This document shows positions 28,712-38,712 of a stretch of DNA of 64,000 nucleotides, piece after piece. Each line of letters begins with the position of its first letter. The first letter of the stretch is position 1. The DNA lies in contig OZ241362.1 of the NCBI GenBank assembly GCA_965200315.1, positions 1,152,001 through 1,216,000 on the forward strand, given 5' to 3'. Position numbers and translations under genes: made by a program. The DNA is from Candidatus Latescibacterota bacterium. Lineage in GTDB: Bacteria > Latescibacterota > UBA2968 > UBA8231. A model generated the notes under the pieces. The model saw only the letters and a program-made list of their open reading frames with translations, did no database searches and was not told the origin of the DNA.

Positions 28712-29281
28712 ATGCTCGACAAATACACCTGCCTCGCAAAACTAGCCGCCAAGCGCACGGACGAAGTCGTGGTCACTACCATGAGCGTGGCCATGCCTTG
28801 GGCTGCACACTCCGACGGCCCGCTGGACTTTGCCCACGTCGAAAGCGCCATGGGGCACGCGGCCGACTTTGCCCTCGGCTTGGCCATTGCCCAGCCCGAG
28901 CGACGGGTCTTGTGCATCAACGGCGACGGCAGCACCCTGATGTCGCTGGGCGTCCTCGTCACCTTGGCCCAGCGCCCGGCCCCCAATCTAACTCTCGTCA
29001 TCACGGAAAACGGCACGTACGAAGTAACCGGCAGCCAGCCGGTGCCCGGTGCCGCCTTTATCGACTACGAGCAAATCTGCCGTGGAGCCGGTCTCCAGCG
29101 CGTCTATACCATCGACACCGACGACGACTTTGACGCCAAGCTCGATCAGCACTTTGCGGAAGAAGGCCCGGTAGTCTTTATCTGGAAAATCGCTCCGGCT
29201 ACCGAGCCGGTGCCCAAACCGGCTCTGCCGATCGGCGAACGCGCCCAGCGCCTGCGCGCCGCCCTAGTCGACGAGGGATAG
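28712..29281 (+). CDS. ThDP-dependent decarboxylase beta subunit (ComE-like)
   Basis: AMGHA...LGLA, ThDP motif GDGSTLMSLG...ENGTYEVTGSQP. Confidence 0.87.
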   Translation: MLDKYTCLAKLAAKRTDEVVVTTMSVAMPWAAHSDGPLDFAHVESAMGHAADFALGLAIAQPERRVLCINGDGSTLMSLGVLVTLAQRPAPNLTLVITENGTYEVTGSQPVPGAAFIDYEQICRGAGLQRVYTIDTDDDFDAKLDQHFAEEGPVVFIWKIAPATEPVPKPALPIGERAQRLRAALVDEG

Positions 29282-30420
29282 AGGTACCCATCGTGCAACT
29301 ACCGCAGATGGCCCCGGTCAAGCAGCACTTTGCCAGCGACTCGCTCACCGATGTGGCCGGCGAAGTCCGCCGCCAGCTAGCCCGCGCCGGCTTAGCCGAT
29401 GCCGTCGCCCTTGGCGCACGGATCGCCGTTGCGGGCGGCAGCCGTGGCATTGCCAATATCCCGCTCATCACCCGCACTGTTGTCGACTGCGTCAAAGAGG
29501 CCGGCGGCGCGCCCTTCCTGCTGCCAGCGATGGGTAGCCACGGCGGCGCTACCGCCGAAGGCCAAAAGCAGGTGCTGGCCGGCTATGGTCTCGACGCCAC
29601 GAGCATGGGCTGTCCGGTCGAGGCAACTATGGACGTCGTCGAAGTGGCCCAACTCGACGACGGCACTCCCGTGCTACTCAACCGGCTCGCCACCGAAGCC
29701 GATGGCGTGGTGCTCATCAACCGCGTCAAGCCGCACACCTCCTTTCGAGGGCCTTTTGAAAGCGGCCTGATGAAGATGATGACCATTGGCCTAGGCAGCC
29801 ACAAAGGCGCGACCATCGCCCACGCTGGAGGAGCCGAGAGCCTCGCCCGCCTGATCCCGGATTGGGGCCGCTGCATTCTTGACAAAGCACCGATCCTCAT
29901 GGGGTTGGCCATCGTCGAAAACGCCTACGAACAGACCCTCCGCGTCGAGGCCCTGCAACCCGGGCAGTTCCAAAGCCGCGAGCCGCAGCTTTTGGAGGAA
30001 TCGAGGCGCACCATGCCCCGCCTCTTCGTCCGAGGCATTGACCTGTTGATCATCGAACAAATCGGCAAGAATATCTCGGGCACGGGCATGGACACCAACG
30101 TCGTCGGCCGCATGCTCCTGCCCGGCGTCAAAGAGCCGGAGTCCCCGGGCGTGGCCCGCATCGTGGTGCTCGACCTGACCGACGAAACCCACGGCAATGC
30201 CAATGGCGTCGGTCTCGCCGACATCATCACCCGCCGCCTATACGAGCGCATCGACTTCAAGTCCACGTACGCCAACGTTTTTACCTCCACCTTCCTCAAT
30301 CGCGCGTACATTCCCGTCGTCATGCAAACCGACCGCGAGGCCATTGAGGCCGCGCTCTCGGTGCAAAACCTCGCTAATTCCGCACAGGCGCGCGTCGTCC
30401 GCATCAAAAACACCCTCGAC

Positions 30421-31118
<698 letters not shown>

Positions 31119-31161
31119 GGTGCTGTTTTCCCTCCAACTAAGTGGGCTCTAAGGGCTCAAT

Positions 31162-31349
31162 ATTGGCCACATCCAGCTATCCGCAAGCCTGCTGAGAGAG
31201 TTCGGCGACCATCCCGACCTAGAGCAAACCGGCGCACCGGCCGAGATGGCGTTTGACAGCGTGGGGCGATTGCGCTAAGCCGCGACTATCCCTCAGTATC
31301 GCGTTCACTGAAACAGATACGAGGATGAGGGAATAATAATTGACACCGA
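31162..31349 (+). repeat. 188-bp direct repeat, copy 2
   Basis: Copy of 30421-30608 at an offset of 741 bp. Confidence 0.95.
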
Positions 31350-31589
31350 ACATCCGCGGCTCAAATCGTCAGCATGAGCTCGGACTCGCCGATTAGGCGG
31401 TACGCCGGGAGTTTACCGGACAACCGCTCGCTGTTTCTCTCGCTCGTCTCGGGATCGAGGAGTCAGGAATCGCTCCCAAAGGGCTGGCTGCAAGTCACCC
31501 AAGCCGGCGAAGGGAACAATTTGCTCGTCGAATCGGATGAGGCGGGCCTGACGGCGCTGCTGGAACAAGCGAGTAAGGTATTCGGATGA
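31350..31589 (+). pseudogene. Probable 3' fragment of an unidentified gene
   Basis: Frame is open from the repeat junction to the stop at 31589; no recognisable family. Confidence 0.35.
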
Positions 31590-31599
31590 CATGACGCTC

Positions 31600-33072
31600 C
31601 TACAGGTCTCTCCGGTAGCGCTGTGCAGGAATTTTTAGCTGATCTCGGTATTTGGCCACGGTCCGCCGCGCAATTTTCAAGCCGCTCTTGCTCAGCTCTT
31701 CGACGATCTGTTGGTCTGAAAGCGGCCGAGCCTTATCCTCGCAGGCGACGAGCTGCGAAATTTTCTCCTTCACCGAGCGCACGGACACGTCTTTGCCCTC
31801 GTCCGTGCTGAGCTTGTTGTCGAAAAAGTACTTCAGTTCAAAGACCCCGTGCGGCGTCTGCACGTACTTGCCGTTGCTGACGCGGCTAATCGTCGATACG
31901 TGCATTCCCACGGCGTCGGCCACATCCTGCAAGACCAAGGGCTGCAACCGCGACGGCCCTTCCTCAAAAAAAAGCCACTGCGCGTGCAACAGATAATTGG
32001 CCACTTTGAGTATGGTCGTGCGGCGCTGGTGGATGGAGTTGATGAGCCAGCGGGCGTCGTTGAGATTCTTGGACACGTAGTCCTTGACCGCGTCCTCAGC
32101 ATCGCCACGGGAGTTGTTGAGTAGATGCTGGTACTCAGAATTGATCTTTAAGGACGGCATGAACCCGTCGGCCAGCCACACCTCCCACTCCTCGCCAATT
32201 TTTTCGATGACCAAGTCCGGCGTGATGTACGCGACCTCGGTATTCAGCGTCAAGAGCTTGTTGTAGTCGCTGCTCGCCGACAGGCCCGGATGCGGCTGTA
32301 AGCGCTCGATGACCTGCAAAGCCTCTTTGAGCTTCTCGTTGGAGACGCCTAAGGCGCGGGTAATGGGCCGCACACGCCGCCGCGTCAAATCTTCTAGATG
32401 GTCGCGCACCACCCGTAAGGCCAGCTTGCTGAGCGAGTCGTCGCGCTGGCTCAACTGGATCATCAGGCATTCGCGCAAGTCGCGTGCGCCAATCCCAAGC
32501 GGGTCAAAAGACTGAATGACGCGCAGTACCTTTTCGACCGCAGCCACTTCCACTTGTAGATCATCGGCGATTTCGGCGAGCGAGCAACCGACGTAACCGC
32601 GCTCGTCGATATTGCCGATGATGTACTCGGCGATGGCGCGCTCTTCTGGCCCCAAATCGCCAATCTCGCCTAGCTGATGGTACAAGTGCTCTAAGAGGGG
32701 CGGCATGGCGGTGATGCGGTTTTCCTGTGGCTCGCGGTCGGTCTCCCAATTGGGATCGTATTCCGTGCGCTCGCTATTGTAAGCGCTCGTGTCGAACTGG
32801 TCGTCCAACAGCGCGTCCCAATCGACTTCCTCCATGTCCGCGGGCAGTTCCTCCTCTTCCTTGATCCCCTCCTCCTCCCGCTCGCGCAGTTCCTCTTCCT
32901 CTTCTTCGCGCAGTTCGACGGCCTCTTCGAGCAAAGGATTGAGCTCGAGCTGCTGCTTGACCTCTAGCGCCAAATCCAAGGTGGACATCTGCAACAGCCG
33001 CAGCGATTGTATGAGCTGCGGTGCCATCTTTTGTTGGAGGCGCAAGCTAGTATTTTGTTCGGGACCAATCAT
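31600..33072 (-). CDS. rpoN: RNA polymerase sigma-54 factor
   Basis: LQQKMAPQLIQSLRLLQ, NPLLE, DPLGIGARDLRECL, MHVSTISR, RpoN box ARRTVAKYR. Confidence 0.98.
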   Translation of the reverse strand: MIGPEQNTSLRLQQKMAPQLIQSLRLLQMSTLDLALEVKQQLELNPLLEEAVELREEEEEELREREEEGIKEEEELPADMEEVDWDALLDDQFDTSAYNSERTEYDPNWETDREPQENRITAMPPLLEHLYHQLGEIGDLGPEERAIAEYIIGNIDERGYVGCSLAEIADDLQVEVAAVEKVLRVIQSFDPLGIGARDLRECLMIQLSQRDDSLSKLALRVVRDHLEDLTRRRVRPITRALGVSNEKLKEALQVIERLQPHPGLSASSDYNKLLTLNTEVAYITPDLVIEKIGEEWEVWLADGFMPSLKINSEYQHLLNNSRGDAEDAVKDYVSKNLNDARWLINSIHQRRTTILKVANYLLHAQWLFFEEGPSRLQPLVLQDVADAVGMHVSTISRVSNGKYVQTPHGVFELKYFFDNKLSTDEGKDVSVRSVKEKISQLVACEDKARPLSDQQIVEELSKSGLKIARRTVAKYRDQLKIPAQRYRRDL

Positions 33073-33182
33073 TTAATAAGTTGTTGTAAACTAATTACTT
33101 AATAAATAGTCAGCCGTCCTAATAGCGGCTGTAAAAACAAGCCTGTGCAGCGAGAAAAGTCAAGGTGCAGGCACAGGCGCAC

Positions 33183-33914
33183 CTACCGATCAACCCGCCA
33201 ACTAAAGCGCTCGCCGAGATAGATTCGCCGCACCTGCTCGTTGGCAATTAGCTCCTCGGCCGTGCCCGCCGTTAAAATTTTGCCATCCACTAGGATATAG
33301 GCGCGCTCGGCGATCTCCAAGGTCTCGCGCACGTTGTGATCGGTAATCAGTACTCCCAAGCCTCGGCCTCTTAGTTCGGCGATGATGTTTTGGATGTCTT
33401 CGACCGTGCGCGGATCAATGCCGGCAAAAGGCTCGTCGAGGAGCATGTAGTGAGGCTCGCAGGCCAAGGCCCGCGCAATCTCGACCCGGCGCGTCTCGCC
33501 GCCCGAAAGCGTGTCGGCGCGCTGATCGGCGCGTTCTAGCAAGTCCAGCTCGGTTAGCAGTTGCCGTTGGCGCGCGGCGATGTGCGCTTTGTCGACCCCT
33601 TGCGCCTCCAAGACTGCGCGGATGTTGCCGGCCACGCTCAGCTTGCGAAAAATGGATGTCTCCTGCGGCAGGTAGCCAATGCCTATCTGCGCACGGCGAT
33701 ACATGGGCAGCCCGGTGATGTCCGCACCGTCAAGCAAAATGTGCCCCCCGTCCGGCGCGGCAAAGCCGACGATGCTGTGAAAGGTCGTGGTCTTGCCCGC
33801 ACCATTGGGACCCAACAGGCCGACGACCTCCCCTCGCTCGACGCGGATGCTCACCTCGTCAACGACCGCCCGGCCTCCGTAGCGCTTGCTCAATGCGTGC
33901 GTTTCCAATGCCAC
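33183..33914 (-). CDS. lptB: LPS export ABC transporter ATP-binding protein
   Basis: GLLGPNGAGKTT, YLPQETSIFRKLSV, LSGGE.RRVEIARAL, DEPFAGIDP, ITDHNVRETL; upstream of rpoN. Confidence 0.96.
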   Translation of the reverse strand: MALETHALSKRYGGRAVVDEVSIRVERGEVVGLLGPNGAGKTTTFHSIVGFAAPDGGHILLDGADITGLPMYRRAQIGIGYLPQETSIFRKLSVAGNIRAVLEAQGVDKAHIAARQRQLLTELDLLERADQRADTLSGGETRRVEIARALACEPHYMLLDEPFAGIDPRTVEDIQNIIAELRGRGLGVLITDHNVRETLEIAERAYILVDGKILTAGTAEELIANEQVRRIYLGERFSWRVDR

Positions 33915-33915
33915 C

Positions 33916-35745
33916 TTACGGCTCCTCTGCGGGCGGATAGTAACGGCCCTTGATCTCCGGCCCGACCCGCACCTCGGCCAGCGCCCCTTCGACAAAGCGA
34001 ATATCCAATTCTTCGCCGCTGACCTCGTTGACGGAGACCTCTTCGTCCTCTTGCAGCCGCGTGACCAACTCGGCTGCGCCCTTTACCAACGCCCGGCGCA
34101 ACCCCGCCGCGTCAAAGTACAGGGTCATCTGCTGCCCGCGAAAGCGATTGATCTCTTCGTTCTCAGCCCGACGATGCGTCACGCCGGCTGCGGTACTCAC
34201 TTCGACCCGCTCCAAGTCCCCGTCAGCCATAAAAACTTGTCCACCTCGGCCCTCGATCCAGCTGCGGCGTTCGCCCACCTCAATTTGGCCGCTCACTTGG
34301 CCGGGTATGGCGATCCACTCAACTTGGCTGTCCGCCAAGGTAACGACCATGGAATCGGCCATCAGGCGGCTGTGATAGTCGCGCTCGTCATCTTGCTCTT
34401 CCAACACCACGCCCTCGGCGACCAGCACCCGCGTCGAATCTGCTTCGTATGCACCGCGCATGGCCGCAACTTCCAGCCCTTTGGTGCGCAGGGCAAAACC
34501 ACCACTCCCGGCCAACCGGCCCCGCACGAGATCGAAGCGCAGCACAGGGGCGGCAAGCACGAGTTCGTGCTGGCTCAGCGAGGGCGCGCCCCGCAGCCAT
34601 CCAGCCTCCTGTTCCAAGTCGAAAAAGAGCGAATCGCCGGCGAGCGAGCCATCCAACTCGGGTGCCTTCAGGGCGATCGCGCCCTCGGCATGGACTTGGC
34701 CATCGCGCGTATAGCGGAGGGTTTGGGCCTCCATTTCTCGCTTCCCGGCGCGCAAGACCACCCCGCCCTCGGCTGTCAGCTCGCGCTCGGTACGCCAATA
34801 CGCCAACTGGTGCGCCTCAATCTGCCGCTCGCCCTGCACAAAGGTCGCCGGCTCCCCGTGGGCCTGCAATAGCGCGGCGCGGCGGTCCTCCTCTACCTCT
34901 GCGGCCCGCAACTCGGCCTCCTCCTCTCGGTAGCGGACCGCCCCTCGCGCCACCAGCCGCTGCTTTTTCGCATCCACGGCGACTTCGTCGGCTGCAAACT
35001 CCGCCAGCGAGTCGGCCCCTTCGACTCCCCCGCTAATATCAAAGCGGCGGGACTGTGGTAGAAACGAGGCGCGTGGCCCCGTCAATTGCACTCCGTCGTA
35101 GCGCACCGCGACGCTGTCGTAGGCAATCTCTTGCACCCCTTCGACGCGACGGCTCTCCTCGCGCCGGGCGCGCACCTCCACCATCACCCCATCCCGACCG
35201 CGCCAAAGCCCCTCGACAGCTTCCAAGGACCAGGCATCCACGGCGAAATTGCTCGTGAGATTGCGGCCCCACTCCCGTCCCTCGCCGACCTCCACCCGCA
35301 GCGCACCCGGAATGCGCAATTGTTCGTGTGCGCTTTCCCACAGCAGGGTATCGGCCTGTACCTCTAGGCTGTCCCCAGCGTGCAAAACCACGCCGCCAGC
35401 CAAGCCAAAGCGATCCCGCTTGTGCTCTAGCACCAAGCGCTCGGCCCGCAACGTCGAAACGGTTGTATCGGAGCGGAACGCGACCTCTACGCCGCCGGTG
35501 GCGACGACCTGCTCTGACTTGGAAAATTCGCGCAAATAAGCGGCGCGGATCTGGATGCGGTGGCCGGGACGTCCTATCTCAATGTGCGCGTCCCATGCTT
35601 CCCCATCGACTTCGGGGATCTGCAGCGGCTCTTCGGGCACTTCTCCCGCGCCACAGGCCCAAAGCATAGCCCCGCAGCACCCGGCGCGAAAAAGCCGCGC
35701 TCCCCCCGGGAAAGCGCGGCCTTCTGAAACGATTGTACCGCCCAC
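33916..35745 (-). CDS. LptC/LptA (OstA-like) multi-jellyroll lipoprotein; start uncertain
   Basis: Lipobox-like LWAC; repeated A..GGV / LRAE.L / ADTLLW beta-jellyroll patterns; sits between pyrG and lptB. Confidence 0.7.
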   Translation of the reverse strand: MGGTIVSEGRAFPGGARLFRAGCCGAMLWACGAGEVPEEPLQIPEVDGEAWDAHIEIGRPGHRIQIRAAYLREFSKSEQVVATGGVEVAFRSDTTVSTLRAERLVLEHKRDRFGLAGGVVLHAGDSLEVQADTLLWESAHEQLRIPGALRVEVGEGREWGRNLTSNFAVDAWSLEAVEGLWRGRDGVMVEVRARREESRRVEGVQEIAYDSVAVRYDGVQLTGPRASFLPQSRRFDISGGVEGADSLAEFAADEVAVDAKKQRLVARGAVRYREEEAELRAAEVEEDRRAALLQAHGEPATFVQGERQIEAHQLAYWRTERELTAEGGVVLRAGKREMEAQTLRYTRDGQVHAEGAIALKAPELDGSLAGDSLFFDLEQEAGWLRGAPSLSQHELVLAAPVLRFDLVRGRLAGSGGFALRTKGLEVAAMRGAYEADSTRVLVAEGVVLEEQDDERDYHSRLMADSMVVTLADSQVEWIAIPGQVSGQIEVGERRSWIEGRGGQVFMADGDLERVEVSTAAGVTHRRAENEEINRFRGQQMTLYFDAAGLRRALVKGAAELVTRLQEDEEVSVNEVSGEELDIRFVEGALAEVRVGPEIKGRYYPPAEEP

Positions 35746-35749
35746 CGAA

Positions 35750-37540
35750 CTAGGAGGCTGCCGCCTGCCTCTCCTCATGACTTGCAACCTCTTGTTGGTA
35801 AGCCAGCGCGGCCTCGACAAACCCGGCAAACAAGGGCGAGGGATTGTCCATCCGCGACTTAAACTCGGGATGGGCTTGGGTGGCGATGAAGAAGCGGTGC
35901 TCCGGCAACTCGATAAACTCCATCAAGCGAGTGCCGTCCACGCGACGGTGATACCCAGCAAAGACCAGCCCCTCCTCCTCGAGCAGTTCGACGAAGCGGG
36001 GCGAGACCTCGTAGCGATGGCGGTGGCGCTCTAGGGCAACTTTGTCGCGCTCCAGCATGACCAAGCCAACGCGGAACGCTTGGCCGGGATTGGCCAACAG
36101 TTGTTGGATGCGGCGGGCGTCTTCGTCGAGGCGACCCGACTCTTCGTAAATCTGGAGGACGCGGCTGTCGCTTTTGAACACCGCGGCATACGCGCCCAAG
36201 CGCATGCTGCCACCGTAGCGGTTTTCTTCTAGCGCGCTCTTTTGCTCGGCGTCTTGGACGCAGATGACCTTCCACTCGGAATCCGCGTCGAACTCTTCGG
36301 AAGTAGCCTCGGCGATCCCGGCAACATTGCGGGCGTATTCGATCACGGAAAGCTGCAAGCCATAGCACAGGCCCAAATAGGGGATGTTGTGCTCGCGGGC
36401 ATAGCGAATGGCCGCAATCACGCCTTCAGCTCCTCCCGCCCCAAAGGCCCCGGGGACGATAACGCCATCGAATGCGTCGAGAGCTGCTAGCTCCATTTCG
36501 CCGCGCTCAAACTGATGGCCGTCAATCCAAGTAATCTCGACCCGCGCATCCGACGCTACGCCAGCGTGTATCAGCGATTGGTTGACCGAAATGTACGAGT
36601 CCGTGAGCTGAAAGTCGCCCGTGGCCACGTATTTGCCGACCATGGCCACGCGGACACACTGCCGAGGATGCCGACTGCGCTTGACCAATTCCAGCCAAGG
36701 CCGCCAGTCTGGAGTCTTCTTGGGCACGCAGCCGACCCGGTTGAGGATCTTCTCGCCGAGCCGCTCTTTTTCCAAAACCAGCGGGATATTGTAGATCGTC
36801 TCCGAGTCCGGGGCCGAAATGATGTGGTCGTAGGGCACGTTGGCACCGATCTGGATCTTTTTCTTGCGCACCTCGTCGGTGGCGGTCTCGGCGCGACAGA
36901 CGATGAAGTCGGGGAAAATGCCGTGCTCGCTGAGCATGCGAATGGCCTGCTGAGTGGGCTTGGTCTTCATTTCGCCGACGTGTGGCGGTATGGGCAGATA
37001 GGTGATGAGCAGGTGTGCAAAGTGCTCCTCACCCAAGTCTCGCTCCAAGGTCTTTACGGCAAAGAGGAACGGCTCATTTTCGTAGTCGCCGACAATGCCG
37101 CCGATCTCGACCAACACGATGTCGTAGCCCGCGCCCGCCTCTTGCAAGCGGCGGGTGATCTCGTCTGTAATGTGCGGGATCGGCTGTACGGTCTCGCCGA
37201 GGTACTCGCCGCGGCGCTCGCGCTCGATTACTGTGAGGTAAATCTGCCCGGTGGTCAGGTTGTTGGAACGCGGCAGATCCAACCCCAAGAAGCGCTCGTA
37301 GTTGCCCAAATCCTGATCGATTTCGCCGCCGTCGTCCGTTACCCATACCTCGCCGTGCTCGGTGGGCCGCATGGTGCCGGCGTCGTAGTTGATATACGGA
37401 TCAATTTTGACGGCCGTGGTGCTGTAGCCGTATTGCTGCAGGATCTTGCCGATGGAAGCGGTGGTCAAGCCCTTGCCCACGCCGCTTATCACGCCGCCGG
37501 TCACAACGACGTATTTGGGGCCTTTGTATTCTCTGGCCAC
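35750..37540 (-). CDS. pyrG: CTP synthase
   Basis: VTGGVISGVGKG, KIDPYIN.DAGTM, EMKTKPTQ, GLCYGLQ, ERHRHRYE, TQAHPEFKS; GTG at 37540 with AAGGAG RBS. Confidence 0.97.
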   Translation of the reverse strand: MAREYKGPKYVVVTGGVISGVGKGLTTASIGKILQQYGYSTTAVKIDPYINYDAGTMRPTEHGEVWVTDDGGEIDQDLGNYERFLGLDLPRSNNLTTGQIYLTVIERERRGEYLGETVQPIPHITDEITRRLQEAGAGYDIVLVEIGGIVGDYENEPFLFAVKTLERDLGEEHFAHLLITYLPIPPHVGEMKTKPTQQAIRMLSEHGIFPDFIVCRAETATDEVRKKKIQIGANVPYDHIISAPDSETIYNIPLVLEKERLGEKILNRVGCVPKKTPDWRPWLELVKRSRHPRQCVRVAMVGKYVATGDFQLTDSYISVNQSLIHAGVASDARVEITWIDGHQFERGEMELAALDAFDGVIVPGAFGAGGAEGVIAAIRYAREHNIPYLGLCYGLQLSVIEYARNVAGIAEATSEEFDADSEWKVICVQDAEQKSALEENRYGGSMRLGAYAAVFKSDSRVLQIYEESGRLDEDARRIQQLLANPGQAFRVGLVMLERDKVALERHRHRYEVSPRFVELLEEEGLVFAGYHRRVDGTRLMEFIELPEHRFFIATQAHPEFKSRMDNPSPLFAGFVEAALAYQQEVASHEERQAAAS

Positions 37541-37608
37541 GTTGTGCGCTCCTTCGAGCTGCTCAAACAAAGAAGCGGCGACAGTGCCCTGCCTCCGCTT
37601 CTCAATAG

Positions 37609-37896
37609 TCAATCGATGATTCTCGGAACTTTGAAGTAATCCTCTTGTCGCTGCGGGGCCGCCGCGACGATCTCAGCCGCTGGGGGAAAGGGTGCTGCCT
37701 CGTCGCGGCGAAACGCGTTGGCGAGGGACAGCACGTGGGACGTTGGCTCTACGCCGGTGGTGTCTAGCTCGTTGAGCGTGTCCATGTAGCGCAAGATGCG
37801 GTTGAGTTCTCCGACCAGCCTTTCTTCCTCTGCGGGCGAAAAGCGCAACCGCGCTAACTCGGCGACCCCGTGGACCTCTTCTATAGTAACCGCCAT
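37609..37896 (-). CDS. gatC: Asp/Glu-tRNA amidotransferase subunit C
   Basis: VAELARL, LNRILRYM..LNELDT.GVEPT.H, RRDE, YFKVPRII. Confidence 0.95.
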   Translation of the reverse strand: MAVTIEEVHGVAELARLRFSPAEEERLVGELNRILRYMDTLNELDTTGVEPTSHVLSLANAFRRDEAAPFPPAAEIVAAAPQRQEDYFKVPRIID

Positions 37897-38074
37897 AGGT
37901 GAATTTCAAACGTAAAATAAAAAAACGGGGCTGGCTGCGCCGGCCCCTTCCAAGTCGCAAAACAGTGTTAAATATCACGCATCGCCAAAAGCAGCGCAAG
38001 GGCTTGTAGCGCCGTATCTCAATGTCTATACTTTGCCGCATGGCAAGCAAGCGACGCTCATCCTACAAAGTCCC

Positions 38075-38563
38075 ATGACGCGCAAGGCATTTACCATTGA
38101 AGAGGCCAACTCCAAACTGCCTCAGCTAGAAGACGTGCTCCAGAGCATAGAGGTCAAGAAGGGGGCTGTCCGCTACCACGACCAGCAGTTGCAAATTCTC
38201 GACGCGCTCTGGGGCCAAGCAATCACCCGCAGCACCAACCCCGACCGCGATGCCTTCGACCAGCACCGTAGCCGCATCAACGACCTAATCATCGACATCA
38301 AGCGCATCGTCGCCGAAGAAATCATCTCCGAAGGCATCCGCTTCCCGGTCGGTGGCCTCGAACGCGGCCTCCTCGACTTCCCCACCACCTACCAAGGCCG
38401 CTGGGTGCTGTTGTGCTGGCAGCGCGGCGAACCCCAGGTCGCCTATTGGCACGAACTGAACGCCGGATACGCCGGTCGTCAGGAGATCACCGCCGAGCAC
38501 ATCATTGCCATGGGCAAGGAAGACGACCCCGCCACGGTCGATGATTCGGCGCTGGACTTCTGA
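38075..38563 (+). CDS. DUF2203 family protein
   Basis: FTIEEAN..LP, GLLDFP, VLLCWQRGEP...WH....GYAGRQ. Confidence 0.88.
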   Translation: MTRKAFTIEEANSKLPQLEDVLQSIEVKKGAVRYHDQQLQILDALWGQAITRSTNPDRDAFDQHRSRINDLIIDIKRIVAEEIISEGIRFPVGGLERGLLDFPTTYQGRWVLLCWQRGEPQVAYWHELNAGYAGRQEITAEHIIAMGKEDDPATVDDSALDF

Positions 38564-38712
38564 GTGCGGCAATTGCCTTGACAGCGTTTCTCGTTTTTGA
38601 GTACTTAAAGATGGCTTTCCCCTGAGCCATCATCCGCTCCCCTAGCATCGCCCACTCTTCACCTTCTCCCCCAGCGGAGCGCCCCTCCCCAGCGCCCAGC
38701 AGGAGCTAGACC

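Noticed and set aside
32840-32915. Repeated CAGTTCCTC.TC units in rpoN
   Set aside because: Encodes the ordinary Glu-rich low-complexity region II of sigma-54
33886-37639. Long antisense ORFs (33886-34872, 36515-37639 and many similar ones)
   Set aside because: Shadow frames of real genes in GC-rich DNA, with no motifs or RBS
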